The translations under genes were made by a program, and so were the position numbers. From the sequence record MT074136.1: a stretch of DNA of 40,000 bases; one strand, written 5' to 3'. Below are positions 16,401 through 25,828 of this stretch, one piece after another. The notes under the pieces are model-generated. The model was not told the origin of the DNA and made no database searches. It worked only from the letters and a program-made list of their open reading frames with translations. Source of the stretch: Bacteroides phage DAC15. How positions within the stretch are numbered: the stretch's first letter is position 1; each line of letters opens with the position of its first letter.

Positions 16401-19400
16401 ATGAGAGAATTTACAACTATAGTAGAGTCAGTTACTGCACCAAGCACTGACAAGTTATGGATTAATAATGGTGTACTGAAGTACTATGATGGTGCTTCAT
16501 GGAAGGCATTTACTTCCTCTGGTTGTGGTTGCTCTATTGAAATCAGCAAACAAAACACATGGGTTATTAATGGTGTTGATACTGGAAAGCCCTCAAAGGG
16601 AGTTAATGGTTACAATGGAGAAGATGGTATTACACCTAAGATTGGGCCTAATGGGAACTGGTGGATATGTAATACAGATACTGGTGTATTAGCATCTGGG
16701 TCTAATGGTAAGCCAGGTGAAGCAGGTGAGAATGGTATAACTCCTCACATTGGTAGTAACTATAACTGGTTTATAGCAAGTGAAGATACTGGAGTACTTG
16801 CTAGAGGCACAAATGGTAAAGATGGTGAACAAGGACCAATAGGCCCTCCTGGAGAAAAAGGAGAGCCAGGACCACAGGGTAAACCTGGAGTTGGAGCTAG
16901 AACTGTATTTGCTTTCAAAGTAAGTTCAACTATCCCTGCAACACCAACTGGTGGTAGTTGGGACCCTGAGACTGATGTAGTCACTTATCCTGTTGGATGG
17001 AGTGGTGATGATACTCAGGAAGGTATTGTCTGGATGTCTCATGCTGTATTTAATACAGATGGTAACTTAGATAATGGAGGTTGGAGTAAGCCTATTAGAA
17101 TGACAGGTGAAGATGGAATCAATGGTACTGATGGTACTAGCATTGAGTTCATATTTAAGCTAACCCAGAACACCTATACTGAGCCTACTAAACCTGATAA
17201 TGATCCTAATACTACAGACTATGTTCCTGATGGCTGGACAGACCGTCCTCAAGGTATTTCTATAGAGATGCAAGCTGAATGGGTTTGCACTAGAACTAAA
17301 GGTGAAACTGCTTGGAGTGACTGGGATGGACCATCACTTTGGTCTAAGTGGGGAGCTGATGGTAGAGATGGTGATGGTGTTGAATACATCTTTCAGAGAA
17401 AGAACAATGCTATACCTCCTGCAAGACCTACTGAAACATCACAAGAACCAGAGTTCCTTCCTGAAGGCTGGACTGATAATCCTACTGGTGTAGATTCAAA
17501 CTATCAATGGGAATGGGTATGTCTCAGAAAGTACAAAGATGGTCTTTGGGGAGAGTTCAGTAACCCTGCTCTTTGGGCTAAGTATGGTGAAGATGGTACT
17601 AATGGAGAGAATGGTAACAGTATTAGAGTAATGTATGCTAAGACTGATGGTTCTGATGAAACTCCTCCTGTTGTTGAAGACAACATAAACCCAGGAAGTA
17701 TATGGGGAACAGCAATGCCTAACTATACTGACAATGAGGCTATTTGGGGTATTCAGGCTACAGTTAGCTATGATAACCAGTTGGTAACTAACTGGCAAGG
17801 TCCATACCTGATTACAGGTGTTAATGGTAAGAATGGGACTCCTGTTAACTATAAGACTTATGTATTCAGACAGAGTGATGACAAGCCTCTTGGACCTACA
17901 AGCAATGACCCTGAGAACCCAGGAAATGGTTGGGTAGATTACCCTAATACCTCTGGTAATTGGTGGCAGTGTATTGGTTCAGTAAATGGTGTTACTGGTT
18001 TAGTAACTGAATGGAGTGAAGTATTACCTTTGAATGGTAGGGATGGTACTGCACAAGATGGTAAGTTCACTGAGTTTAGATTTGCAAAGAGCTCTACTGA
18101 TGATGCTCCAATCATTAATAAGACTATAAGAACTCCATCAGGTTGGACACTGACATTCCCTACACTGGGAGAAGGTGACATCATGTGGATGACTAAAGCT
18201 GTTATTAACCCTGATGATACTCTCTACTCTAATTGGGAAGACCCTGTTAGAATTAGTGGTGAAAGAGGTCCTCAAGGTAATACTGGTCCTGCTGGACAGC
18301 CAGGTGCTCCTGGTAGTCAAGGTGTTAGTGGTATCCCAGGTGTATCATATGAACTAAGATACTCATTAGGAATTGAAGATGACTTTGATGCAACATGGAA
18401 TAGTACAGTAGCTTCTACTAGAAATCCATCTTCTTATGGTTGGATAACTGAGTTACCTGCTACTACAGAAGATAAGCCTTACATCTGGATGACACAGGCT
18501 AGAATCAAACTAGCTGATAATGATGATACAGTTGGCTCACTTCAAGGAACATGGTCAGAACCATTCAGATTGAGTGGTGTTAATGGGCTTGATGGTGCAC
18601 CTGGACCTGCTGGTAAGAAGGGACAAGTAGTATATCCAATGGGTGTTTATAGTAATACTACATCTTATACTACAACTGATACTAAAGCACCTTATGTATA
18701 TGACCCAAGTGATGGTAACTTCTATGTACTAAATGCTGAGATGACTTGGTTAGGTACAGAGCAGGATAATAGAACTCCTTCACAAGACTTTGCTGCTAAT
18801 GGTGGTGAGTATTGGTTGAAGTTTGATTCATTTGAAGCTATCTATGCTAAGATTGGTATCATAGCTAATGGTCTTATTGGTAGTGCTGTATTCAATGGTG
18901 ACTATATGTTTAGTCAACAAGGAATTGATGAAAGTGGTACAGCTACAACAGCTTATGAGAACTTTGGTACTGAGAATTTTACTCCTAATTATCAAGTTAA
19001 TTTTGCTACTGGTGAAGTTTGGTTTGGAGGAGGTAAAGCAAAAATAAATGCAGATGGTAGTGGGTATCTAGCTGATGGTAAGATTAACTTCACTGCTGAT
19101 GGTAAGGCTATAGGAGACCTATTTGATAAACAATATGCTCTTGGGTCTATTAATATAGACCTTCCTACTGTCCCTGATGGGAGTATTAAGAATGTGATAC
19201 TTCCATATTATGTTACTCGTGTTATACCTAAGCATAATTTCAGAGTTGCAAGTCAGTCAGATAGTCTTATATTCAAGCTAGGTGGTGTAACAAGATACCA
19301 TGTTGGAAATCTCAATATTGAGAGCCTTGTGGGTACAGGGCATGGTTACCTTAGGATGACTGGGTACTATTCTGGAACTGAAGATGCTACTGGAAATAGT

Positions 19401-19457
19401 ATAACCACTTGGTTAATAGAAGACATTCATTTTGGAGAAGCTACAAGTTATCCATAA
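16401..19457 (+). CDS. large fiber protein with collagen-like stretches and tandem repeats
   Basis: GEKGEPGPQGKPG, GERGPQGNTGPAGQPGAPGSQG; ITPxIGxNxNW repeats; N-terminus similar to the 16021..16395 protein. Confidence 0.85.
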   Translation: MREFTTIVESVTAPSTDKLWINNGVLKYYDGASWKAFTSSGCGCSIEISKQNTWVINGVDTGKPSKGVNGYNGEDGITPKIGPNGNWWICNTDTGVLASGSNGKPGEAGENGITPHIGSNYNWFIASEDTGVLARGTNGKDGEQGPIGPPGEKGEPGPQGKPGVGARTVFAFKVSSTIPATPTGGSWDPETDVVTYPVGWSGDDTQEGIVWMSHAVFNTDGNLDNGGWSKPIRMTGEDGINGTDGTSIEFIFKLTQNTYTEPTKPDNDPNTTDYVPDGWTDRPQGISIEMQAEWVCTRTKGETAWSDWDGPSLWSKWGADGRDGDGVEYIFQRKNNAIPPARPTETSQEPEFLPEGWTDNPTGVDSNYQWEWVCLRKYKDGLWGEFSNPALWAKYGEDGTNGENGNSIRVMYAKTDGSDETPPVVEDNINPGSIWGTAMPNYTDNEAIWGIQATVSYDNQLVTNWQGPYLITGVNGKNGTPVNYKTYVFRQSDDKPLGPTSNDPENPGNGWVDYPNTSGNWWQCIGSVNGVTGLVTEWSEVLPLNGRDGTAQDGKFTEFRFAKSSTDDAPIINKTIRTPSGWTLTFPTLGEGDIMWMTKAVINPDDTLYSNWEDPVRISGERGPQGNTGPAGQPGAPGSQGVSGIPGVSYELRYSLGIEDDFDATWNSTVASTRNPSSYGWITELPATTEDKPYIWMTQARIKLADNDDTVGSLQGTWSEPFRLSGVNGLDGAPGPAGKKGQVVYPMGVYSNTTSYTTTDTKAPYVYDPSDGNFYVLNAEMTWLGTEQDNRTPSQDFAANGGEYWLKFDSFEAIYAKIGIIANGLIGSAVFNGDYMFSQQGIDESGTATTAYENFGTENFTPNYQVNFATGEVWFGGGKAKINADGSGYLADGKINFTADGKAIGDLFDKQYALGSINIDLPTVPDGSIKNVILPYYVTRVIPKHNFRVASQSDSLIFKLGGVTRYHVGNLNIESLVGTGHGYLRMTGYYSGTEDATGNSITTWLIEDIHFGEATSYP

Positions 19458-19482
19458 TAACAAAATATAAAGAGATAATAAT

Positions 19483-20508
19483 ATGTATTTTACACAAGAA
19501 GATTATAGAAAGATAGAGAGGTACTTGAAGGCTAAAGCTATTGCAGACACACAGTTAAATGTAGCTGGCCTCCCTCTCAATGGTGATGAGACAATAGCTA
19601 TTGTGCAGAATAATCACAATGTGCAGATGTCTGTCAATAGTATTGTGAGTCAGTTCTTTGGTTTAGGAGTAGCTGACTTCATCAATGTCACTGATAGATA
19701 TAATGCTTCTTACATAAACATAGGTGAGGCTATTAGTCTGATACCTATCAGAGCTAGAAAGATTGGACAAGTGATTACCTTCCTCAATGAGGCAGGTAAT
19801 TGGTCCATCTATCAGTTCACTGGTAGAGTGAAGAATCAATGGAATAACCTTACTTTATGGAAAGATTTATTTGAATCTATCATAATTGACTCTATCCTTC
19901 CTGATGAGGAAGACCTCACTGGGGTTAGAATGGGGAGCAATGAGTACTTGAAGTTCAAGAACAAAGAGTATGATACTTCTGAGTTCTCTGGTTTAGGTAG
20001 ATTCTTTGTTAGAAAGAACATAGTAGGAGGCAAGAATATCCTTACTCAGAGTGTGTTCAATAAGGCTGATACTATCTACATTATACAGTATGACCATGAC
20101 TTGAATGGTCAGACTATTACACTGCCTACCAGAAGTGTATTATTCTTTGAGGGTGGTAGTATATCTAATGGTACATTAGTATTCAACCAGACACTTGTAA
20201 TAACCCCTTCATTCCTCATTAGTGACTCAATCAAGGCTAATATACAAGGTACTTATGCAGCAGGTCAGTCATTATATGATACTGTACTAAACCAAGTTAA
20301 GTACTTTAATGGGGATATATGGGTATTACCTGATGGTTATAACATAGAGTATAACAGGAAGGGTACTACTGCACAGAGACCTACCCTAAGTACTACTGAG
20401 GCTAGATTTACATACTTTGATACTGACTTAGGTCAGAATATTGTATGGGATGGTACTCAGTGGCTAAACCCAGATGGTACTCTGATAGACAAGGTTACTA
20501 TAGTATAA
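19483..20508 (+). CDS. tail/appendage protein with shared beta-helix capping module
   Basis: ADTIYIIQYDHDLNGQTITLPTRSVLFFEGGSISNGTL; C-terminal KGTTAQRPTL...WDGTQWLNPDGT. Confidence 0.75.
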   Translation: MYFTQEDYRKIERYLKAKAIADTQLNVAGLPLNGDETIAIVQNNHNVQMSVNSIVSQFFGLGVADFINVTDRYNASYINIGEAISLIPIRARKIGQVITFLNEAGNWSIYQFTGRVKNQWNNLTLWKDLFESIIIDSILPDEEDLTGVRMGSNEYLKFKNKEYDTSEFSGLGRFFVRKNIVGGKNILTQSVFNKADTIYIIQYDHDLNGQTITLPTRSVLFFEGGSISNGTLVFNQTLVITPSFLISDSIKANIQGTYAAGQSLYDTVLNQVKYFNGDIWVLPDGYNIEYNRKGTTAQRPTLSTTEARFTYFDTDLGQNIVWDGTQWLNPDGTLIDKVTIV

Positions 20509-20513
20509 TAAAT

Positions 20514-20550
20514 AAAGTAGTAGTTGATATATAAGTCAGCTACTACTTTT
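20514..20550 (+). terminator. rho-independent-like terminator
   Basis: 14-bp stem AAAGTAGTAGTTGA/TCAGCTACTACTTT (one G:U), 8-nt loop, followed by T-rich DNA; immediately before promoter 20553. Confidence 0.6.
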
Positions 20551-20552
20551 AC

Positions 20553-20583
20553 TTGTATATATGAGATATTTTACTTATATTTG
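20553..20583 (+). promoter_or_regulatory. Bacteroidales-type promoter
   Basis: TTG 20553-20555, N20, TATATTTG 20576-20583; 23 nt upstream of CDS start 20607. Confidence 0.85.
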
Positions 20584-20606
20584 CAACTGATTAAAAACAA
20601 AGAACT

Positions 20607-22847
20607 ATGGCAATACAAGATAAGTTCAATAAAGCAAATACTATCTATAAGATTACCAAGGATATAGACTTAGGAGCTACTACTTTAACTATACCAGCTA
20701 ACTGCACTCTTGACTTTCAAGGAGGGTCATTTAGTAATGGCAACTTAGTGTGCAATTTCACTAAGGTTAGTGCTAATTACAGAGTATTTAAAGAGGGATT
20801 AACTCTCTCTGGTAGGGTAATAGGTTCTATATCACCTTTGCATTTTGGTGCATATGAGAGTGATAATCCTATTATGAATTACAATTCTATATATATGGCA
20901 TATGAATATGCTAATATACTACAATGTTCTGTAAGTTGGGAAGGTATATCTGAGATACAAGTAGCAGTTCCAGCAGGGGCAAAGTCTATTAAGTTAATAG
21001 GGTACAATGACTTTAATGGAGTAACTATTAGAGTTACCAATAACTCCCAAACACTTCCTTTATTTTTAATAAGCAATGCAGCAACAGATACACCTATTAC
21101 CATCTCAAAAAGCTTATTAGAGGGCTTGGACTACTCCTCAGTGCCAGAACTTAGTGATGGTATGTACCTATTAAAGGTAAAAGATGAGACTATATGGACT
21201 GTAAGGAATGATAATGGTACTATATCAGATGTATACAGAAAGGACTTAATCCTTATAAATAATGGGCAGGCATATAACAGACCTATATATTCATATGAGT
21301 CAGATGTATCCTCCCCATCTTTCACCTATGTGCCTGTTAACTCTTCTTCCACTGTTGTAAGCAACCTGAATATTGTTAGAGAAGAAGCTAGTACATTTGT
21401 TACATATGCTATTAGGTGTGAGAATATTAACAATTTGCAGCTGAATAATATAACTGTATACACACCCCCAGGCTCTAGTTTAATAAATGACTTAACCTTC
21501 TACATAATGAATTGTTCTATGGTTAAGATGTCCAATATAAGTATCAATGGTTTATATGATGTAACAAGTTATGCATATGGTATATATATGAATAACTGCT
21601 ACAATATAGTTTTTGATAGAATTAATACTGCTAATGACAGGTGGGGCATATTTGGGACTTATAACTTGAATACTGTATCTATGTATAATAGCAGTGTAAA
21701 TAGATTTGATATCCACTGTTATGGCAAAGATATAAGTTTCACTGGTTGTAAGTTTAGAGGAACATATAATCAGATAGGTTGTGTATATGGTAATATATCA
21801 TTCCTAGATTGTACATTTGAGAACTTCACTCCAATTCAGTATGAGGGATCATTTAATGCATATGTTCCACATGATGTTACGTTCACAAATTGTACATTGA
21901 CAAATCAAGCTAGTTTCAACTATCTGCTTAGGTGTTATAATTTAACAGCAACTGTAAATTCAAGACCAGAACTATCAAAGAAGTGCCTGCCTAATGTTAC
22001 TGTTAATAATCTGATAGTGAATGGAGAGCCTTCTATATTCTACATATTTTATACATATGAGCCCAATATAGTTACTATGGATTACATAGAACATATTAGG
22101 ATTGATGGACTCAAACTAGTGAATTGGAATGAAACTGGAATGGACATTGCAATTAGAGATATTAGGACCTATAATACAGTTAACTACTACTTTGCTAACA
22201 TTGATTTGTTACAAGTTAGTGATGCAGATATAGCGTTGGAGCCTGCTAAAAATGTAATTAGCAATCCACTAAATATCACAAAGATGGTGTCCTCCAATAA
22301 TGTAGTTAGCACTATTAATGTGAAGAACTCTAGATTTGGATTCCCACTAAGTAGTTCAACTCTATGTAATTTCAACTTTGAGAATTGCACTATTACAAGT
22401 ATCAAGAATAATGATAGTACTAATCATGGGGTTTTTACTAACTGTAGGTTATATTTGACTAATATATCTAATGACAATTATCAGTTTGCTTATACAAACT
22501 CTATATATACTAACTGTCACTTTATAAGATTTAGAACAGCAGATAGATTGAGATTATATAATATTGGGTATTATAAGTTCATAGGGTGCACTAAGAATAC
22601 TGGAGAAGACTTACTACTATATCAGGGATTAAATGCACTAGATGAATTAATGGGGGTTGAATGTGACATTCCAGTTATTTCAGCACCATTAATATATGAC
22701 TATACAGCTTATACTAGAGGAACTACTGACAGTAGACCTACATTAGGAGGGTCCTTTGTATGTCAATATTATGACACTACTTTAAAGAAGTACATTTTAT
22801 GGAATGGTACAAGTTGGGTAAATATAGATGGAACATCATTAACCTAG
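20607..22847 (+). CDS. right-handed beta-helix (pectate-lyase-like) appendage protein, possible receptor-binding protein or depolymerase
   Basis: Many parallel beta-helix-like rungs (FDRINTANDRWGIFGTYNLNTVSMYNSSVNRFDIHCYG...), N-terminal NTIYKITKDIDLGATTLTIPANCTLDFQGGSFSNG, C-terminal RGTTDSRPTL...WNGTSWVNIDG. Confidence 0.75.
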   Translation: MAIQDKFNKANTIYKITKDIDLGATTLTIPANCTLDFQGGSFSNGNLVCNFTKVSANYRVFKEGLTLSGRVIGSISPLHFGAYESDNPIMNYNSIYMAYEYANILQCSVSWEGISEIQVAVPAGAKSIKLIGYNDFNGVTIRVTNNSQTLPLFLISNAATDTPITISKSLLEGLDYSSVPELSDGMYLLKVKDETIWTVRNDNGTISDVYRKDLILINNGQAYNRPIYSYESDVSSPSFTYVPVNSSSTVVSNLNIVREEASTFVTYAIRCENINNLQLNNITVYTPPGSSLINDLTFYIMNCSMVKMSNISINGLYDVTSYAYGIYMNNCYNIVFDRINTANDRWGIFGTYNLNTVSMYNSSVNRFDIHCYGKDISFTGCKFRGTYNQIGCVYGNISFLDCTFENFTPIQYEGSFNAYVPHDVTFTNCTLTNQASFNYLLRCYNLTATVNSRPELSKKCLPNVTVNNLIVNGEPSIFYIFYTYEPNIVTMDYIEHIRIDGLKLVNWNETGMDIAIRDIRTYNTVNYYFANIDLLQVSDADIALEPAKNVISNPLNITKMVSSNNVVSTINVKNSRFGFPLSSSTLCNFNFENCTITSIKNNDSTNHGVFTNCRLYLTNISNDNYQFAYTNSIYTNCHFIRFRTADRLRLYNIGYYKFIGCTKNTGEDLLLYQGLNALDELMGVECDIPVISAPLIYDYTAYTRGTTDSRPTLGGSFVCQYYDTTLKKYILWNGTSWVNIDGTSLT

Positions 22848-22961
22848 TAGGATATGAATGATACACAACAATTAATAAAGAAAAGAAGTTAAGGGGTTGG
22901 ATATCAAAATATCTACCCCAAGACTTATATAGAGCTGGTATCAGACAGGCTAACTAACCAG

Positions 22962-24485
22962 TTGCTTTCTGATATACTTGCTAGATTCAACTTCTTATAT
23001 CTGGTATATGATGGAGATGCATCTAATACAAGGCTCCAAGTAGAAGCACAGTACAGGAGAAAAGGGCTATGGATAGCTTACGTAAGAACAGATGGCACTC
23101 TCATTACTGAGTATTCTACCTCAGATAATATAGATGATGAGACATGGAGTTCTGATGCTAACTGGGACTCAGCTACTACAGCAGTAATAGATATCAAATC
23201 ATTAGAGCCTGAAGACTTAACATTAGAGTTAGAGAAGATTACATTTGCTAATAGAGCCTATAATCCATCTACATACTCAGGTATGGGTTATACCATTCTG
23301 AGAAAGAACATTCAAACAGTTCCTTCAGTTGGTACAGTCAACTTGTTAACTCAAGATATGATTAGTAACCCTAACACTGTATATGAGATTAGATATGACT
23401 TCAATCTTAATGGAGCTACTATTAACATACCAGAAGGTTCTGTTCTTGACTTTAAGGGAGGCAGTCTGGGGAATGGTACTATTATTGGTAGTACAACAAA
23501 ACTAAACCTCAAGTCAGGTTATCTAATTAACTTGAATCTGAGTGGAAGTTATGATATTGAGTATATATCATATAGATACTTTAAGAATTATTTAGATGAT
23601 ACTACCTTGGTAGCAGCAATGTTTGATCTGCTGTTCAATAATATATCTAAGTCAACTCTAGACCTGGAGCCTGATAGATTATATAACATATACAGTGAAA
23701 CTTTAGTGGGGTATGCTACATCTATCTATGAATACACTAATGTTAGTGACAAGCGCATTAATGGTAATAGTGCTGTATTCAATGACTTGAGAACAAGAGC
23801 TCAAATGGGGACTACTAGATATGATGGTATCCTAGGATTGAATAACTCTCATAATATTCAGATTCTGTATTTAAACTATCAAAACTTAAATGAAGATTAT
23901 GACCTACCAACTCAAATAGGTTATATTGGTAGCTCCTTTATACTGTTAAATTCAGATTGTTCTAATATAGAAGTAGTATCTAATATCATAGGGGCTAGAT
24001 CAGTAACTGTAGAACAACTAGGAGTACCATTCTCTATAGACTTAGGTCTGACAAGTACACAACATGATTCTGTTATTTCTCCTTTTATGGGGGGTTTAGC
24101 ATTCAATAGAAGCTCTGAGCTAATAGGTAGCTATATTAGACAAGAGGGAACTATTTATGTTCCATCAGATGATGGAGACTTAACTAATGCATCAATTACC
24201 TTATTCCCAAGAGTACTTATACTAAGTTCTCTGGTTGTTGATGGTAGAGATATGGTGGAGATTGAGTATATCCTACAAAGATCAAATGGTAGTATAGTAT
24301 ATGAGAACCTTACTAGCTTACCTAAGTCAGGCACAACAGGAAGTTATAGTGCATACCAGAATAGCTCATTAGATCCTCTCTATATTGATGATGGAATAAC
24401 TTTAGGTGTAACCTTCTATCTAACTGATGCCTCTACTGAGGAGAAAACAGTACTTAAAACATATAAGCTGTATATCTATAAATAG
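22962..24485 (+). CDS. tail/appendage protein; called start is an unusual TTG and coding signal extends upstream
   Basis: EITFANRAYNPSTYSGMGYTILRKNI; NTVYEIRYDFNLNGATINIPEGSVLDFKGGSLGNGT; upstream frame 22893-22961 also reads protein-like. Confidence 0.75.
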   Translation: MLSDILARFNFLYLVYDGDASNTRLQVEAQYRRKGLWIAYVRTDGTLITEYSTSDNIDDETWSSDANWDSATTAVIDIKSLEPEDLTLELEKITFANRAYNPSTYSGMGYTILRKNIQTVPSVGTVNLLTQDMISNPNTVYEIRYDFNLNGATINIPEGSVLDFKGGSLGNGTIIGSTTKLNLKSGYLINLNLSGSYDIEYISYRYFKNYLDDTTLVAAMFDLLFNNISKSTLDLEPDRLYNIYSETLVGYATSIYEYTNVSDKRINGNSAVFNDLRTRAQMGTTRYDGILGLNNSHNIQILYLNYQNLNEDYDLPTQIGYIGSSFILLNSDCSNIEVVSNIIGARSVTVEQLGVPFSIDLGLTSTQHDSVISPFMGGLAFNRSSELIGSYIRQEGTIYVPSDDGDLTNASITLFPRVLILSSLVVDGRDMVEIEYILQRSNGSIVYENLTSLPKSGTTGSYSAYQNSSLDPLYIDDGITLGVTFYLTDASTEEKTVLKTYKLYIYK

Positions 24486-24522
24486 ACTACATAGATATAC
24501 CATTAGCAAATGACTTATACTC

Positions 24523-24553
24523 TTGTATGGGTCATTTCTTTTTTGTATGTTTG
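24523..24553 (+). promoter_or_regulatory. Bacteroidales-type promoter inside the 5' end of listed ORF 24510
   Basis: TTG 24523-24525, N20, TATGTTTG 24546-24553; downstream ATG at 24573. Confidence 0.8.
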
Positions 24554-24572
24554 CACTAAATTAAAAAGGGGT

Positions 24573-25184
24573 ATGAGGAAGTTAGTTTATATATTAGTGG
24601 GAATAAGTATCTTATCTATACTAGGTCTTGTATGGATGAATAAGAGATACCAGAAACTGCATACCAAGTATGAGGTTTCAATAGAAAACATAAAAGCATA
24701 TGATAGGGAGTTGAGTCTCTCAAATGGGAATAACAGGGTTTATAAACTAACAATAGACCAGTTGAACTACTTCAATGATTCTATACTCAAGAAGATGAAT
24801 GAAGTGAGGAAGGAACTAGGTATTAAGGATAGCAAGATAAAGCAGATGCAATATCAGCTGACTAATGTGGAGAAGGGTGATAGTGTAGTACTACCTGACA
24901 CTGTTTTTGTTAATCCAGCATTCAAGTTGGACACAATAATAGGTGACCAGTGGGCTAGTAACCACCTTATAATGAAGTATCCTAACTATATCAAGAGTAC
25001 TCCTAAATTCAAACTAGAGAGTTTCTTGTATGTAGATGCTAAGAGAGAGACTATAAACCCACCCAAGAAGTTCTTCCTCTTCAGGTGGTTTCAGAAGAAA
25101 CATCTCACCTTAAGGATAACTACAGAGGAAAAGAATCCATATGTTATTAATAGAAAACAGAAATTTGTAGAGATAGTGAAATGA
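24573..25184 (+). CDS. spanin-like membrane-anchored coiled-coil lysis protein
   Basis: N-terminal TM LVYILVGISILSILGLVWM followed by coiled coil; position in lysis cassette; start chosen downstream of the promoter. Confidence 0.6.
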   Translation: MRKLVYILVGISILSILGLVWMNKRYQKLHTKYEVSIENIKAYDRELSLSNGNNRVYKLTIDQLNYFNDSILKKMNEVRKELGIKDSKIKQMQYQLTNVEKGDSVVLPDTVFVNPAFKLDTIIGDQWASNHLIMKYPNYIKSTPKFKLESFLYVDAKRETINPPKKFFLFRWFQKKHLTLRITTEEKNPYVINRKQKFVEIVK

Positions 25185-25817
25185 AGACTTGGTTAGTGTA
25201 TGAGCATATAAGTCCTAGCCATAAAGTATATGTGGGTGTGACTTCTATGATGCCAAAAGCTAGATGGTCCAAAGGTAAGGGCTACATTAGATGTAAAATA
25301 TTTCATAGAGCTATCTTGAAGTATGGTTGGGGTAACCTGCAACACATTATAGTAGCTTCCAATTTAGGGGAACAAACTGCTAAGAATATAGAGAAAGACT
25401 TAATCAAGTATTACAAATCTAAAGGACTGTCTTATAATATAACTGATGGTGGAGATGGTACTGTTGGAATGCAATGTAGTCCTATAATTAGGAGGAAAAT
25501 AGGTAGCCTCTGGAGAGGTAAAACTATACCTACTGCTGTTAGGAATAATATGTCCAAAGCTCATAAGGGTATAAAATTATCAGATAACCACAAGAAGAAT
25601 ATAAGTAAATCAAAAAATTGGTAATACTAATGGTTGTAAAGTAGTCTTGCAGTTTGATAAGAGTAACAGGCTTATTGGCAAATTTCCATCAGCAGTTGAA
25701 GCTGCTAAGAGTATAGGTTCTACTCCTAACTCAGTTACTAGGTGTTGTAGGGGAGAAGTAAAGTCTCTATATAAGTTCATATTTAGGTATGAGAAAGAAC
25801 TTAATGATAATTATTAA
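25181..25817 (+). pseudogene. GIY-YIG homing endonuclease, frame-disrupted at an A6 run
   Basis: TWLVYEHISPSHKVYVGVT, ITDGGDGTVG; first frame ends 25624, C-terminal NUMOD1-like CKVVLQFDKSNRLIGKFPSAVEAAKSIG continues in another frame to TAA 25815-25817. Confidence 0.85.
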
Positions 25818-25828
25818 ATAGAATAAAG

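Noticed and set aside
17496-18320. Minus-strand ORFs antisense to the large fiber gene
   Set aside because: Opposite to a clearly coding, repeat-rich frame; low complexity and no start signals, so shadow ORFs.
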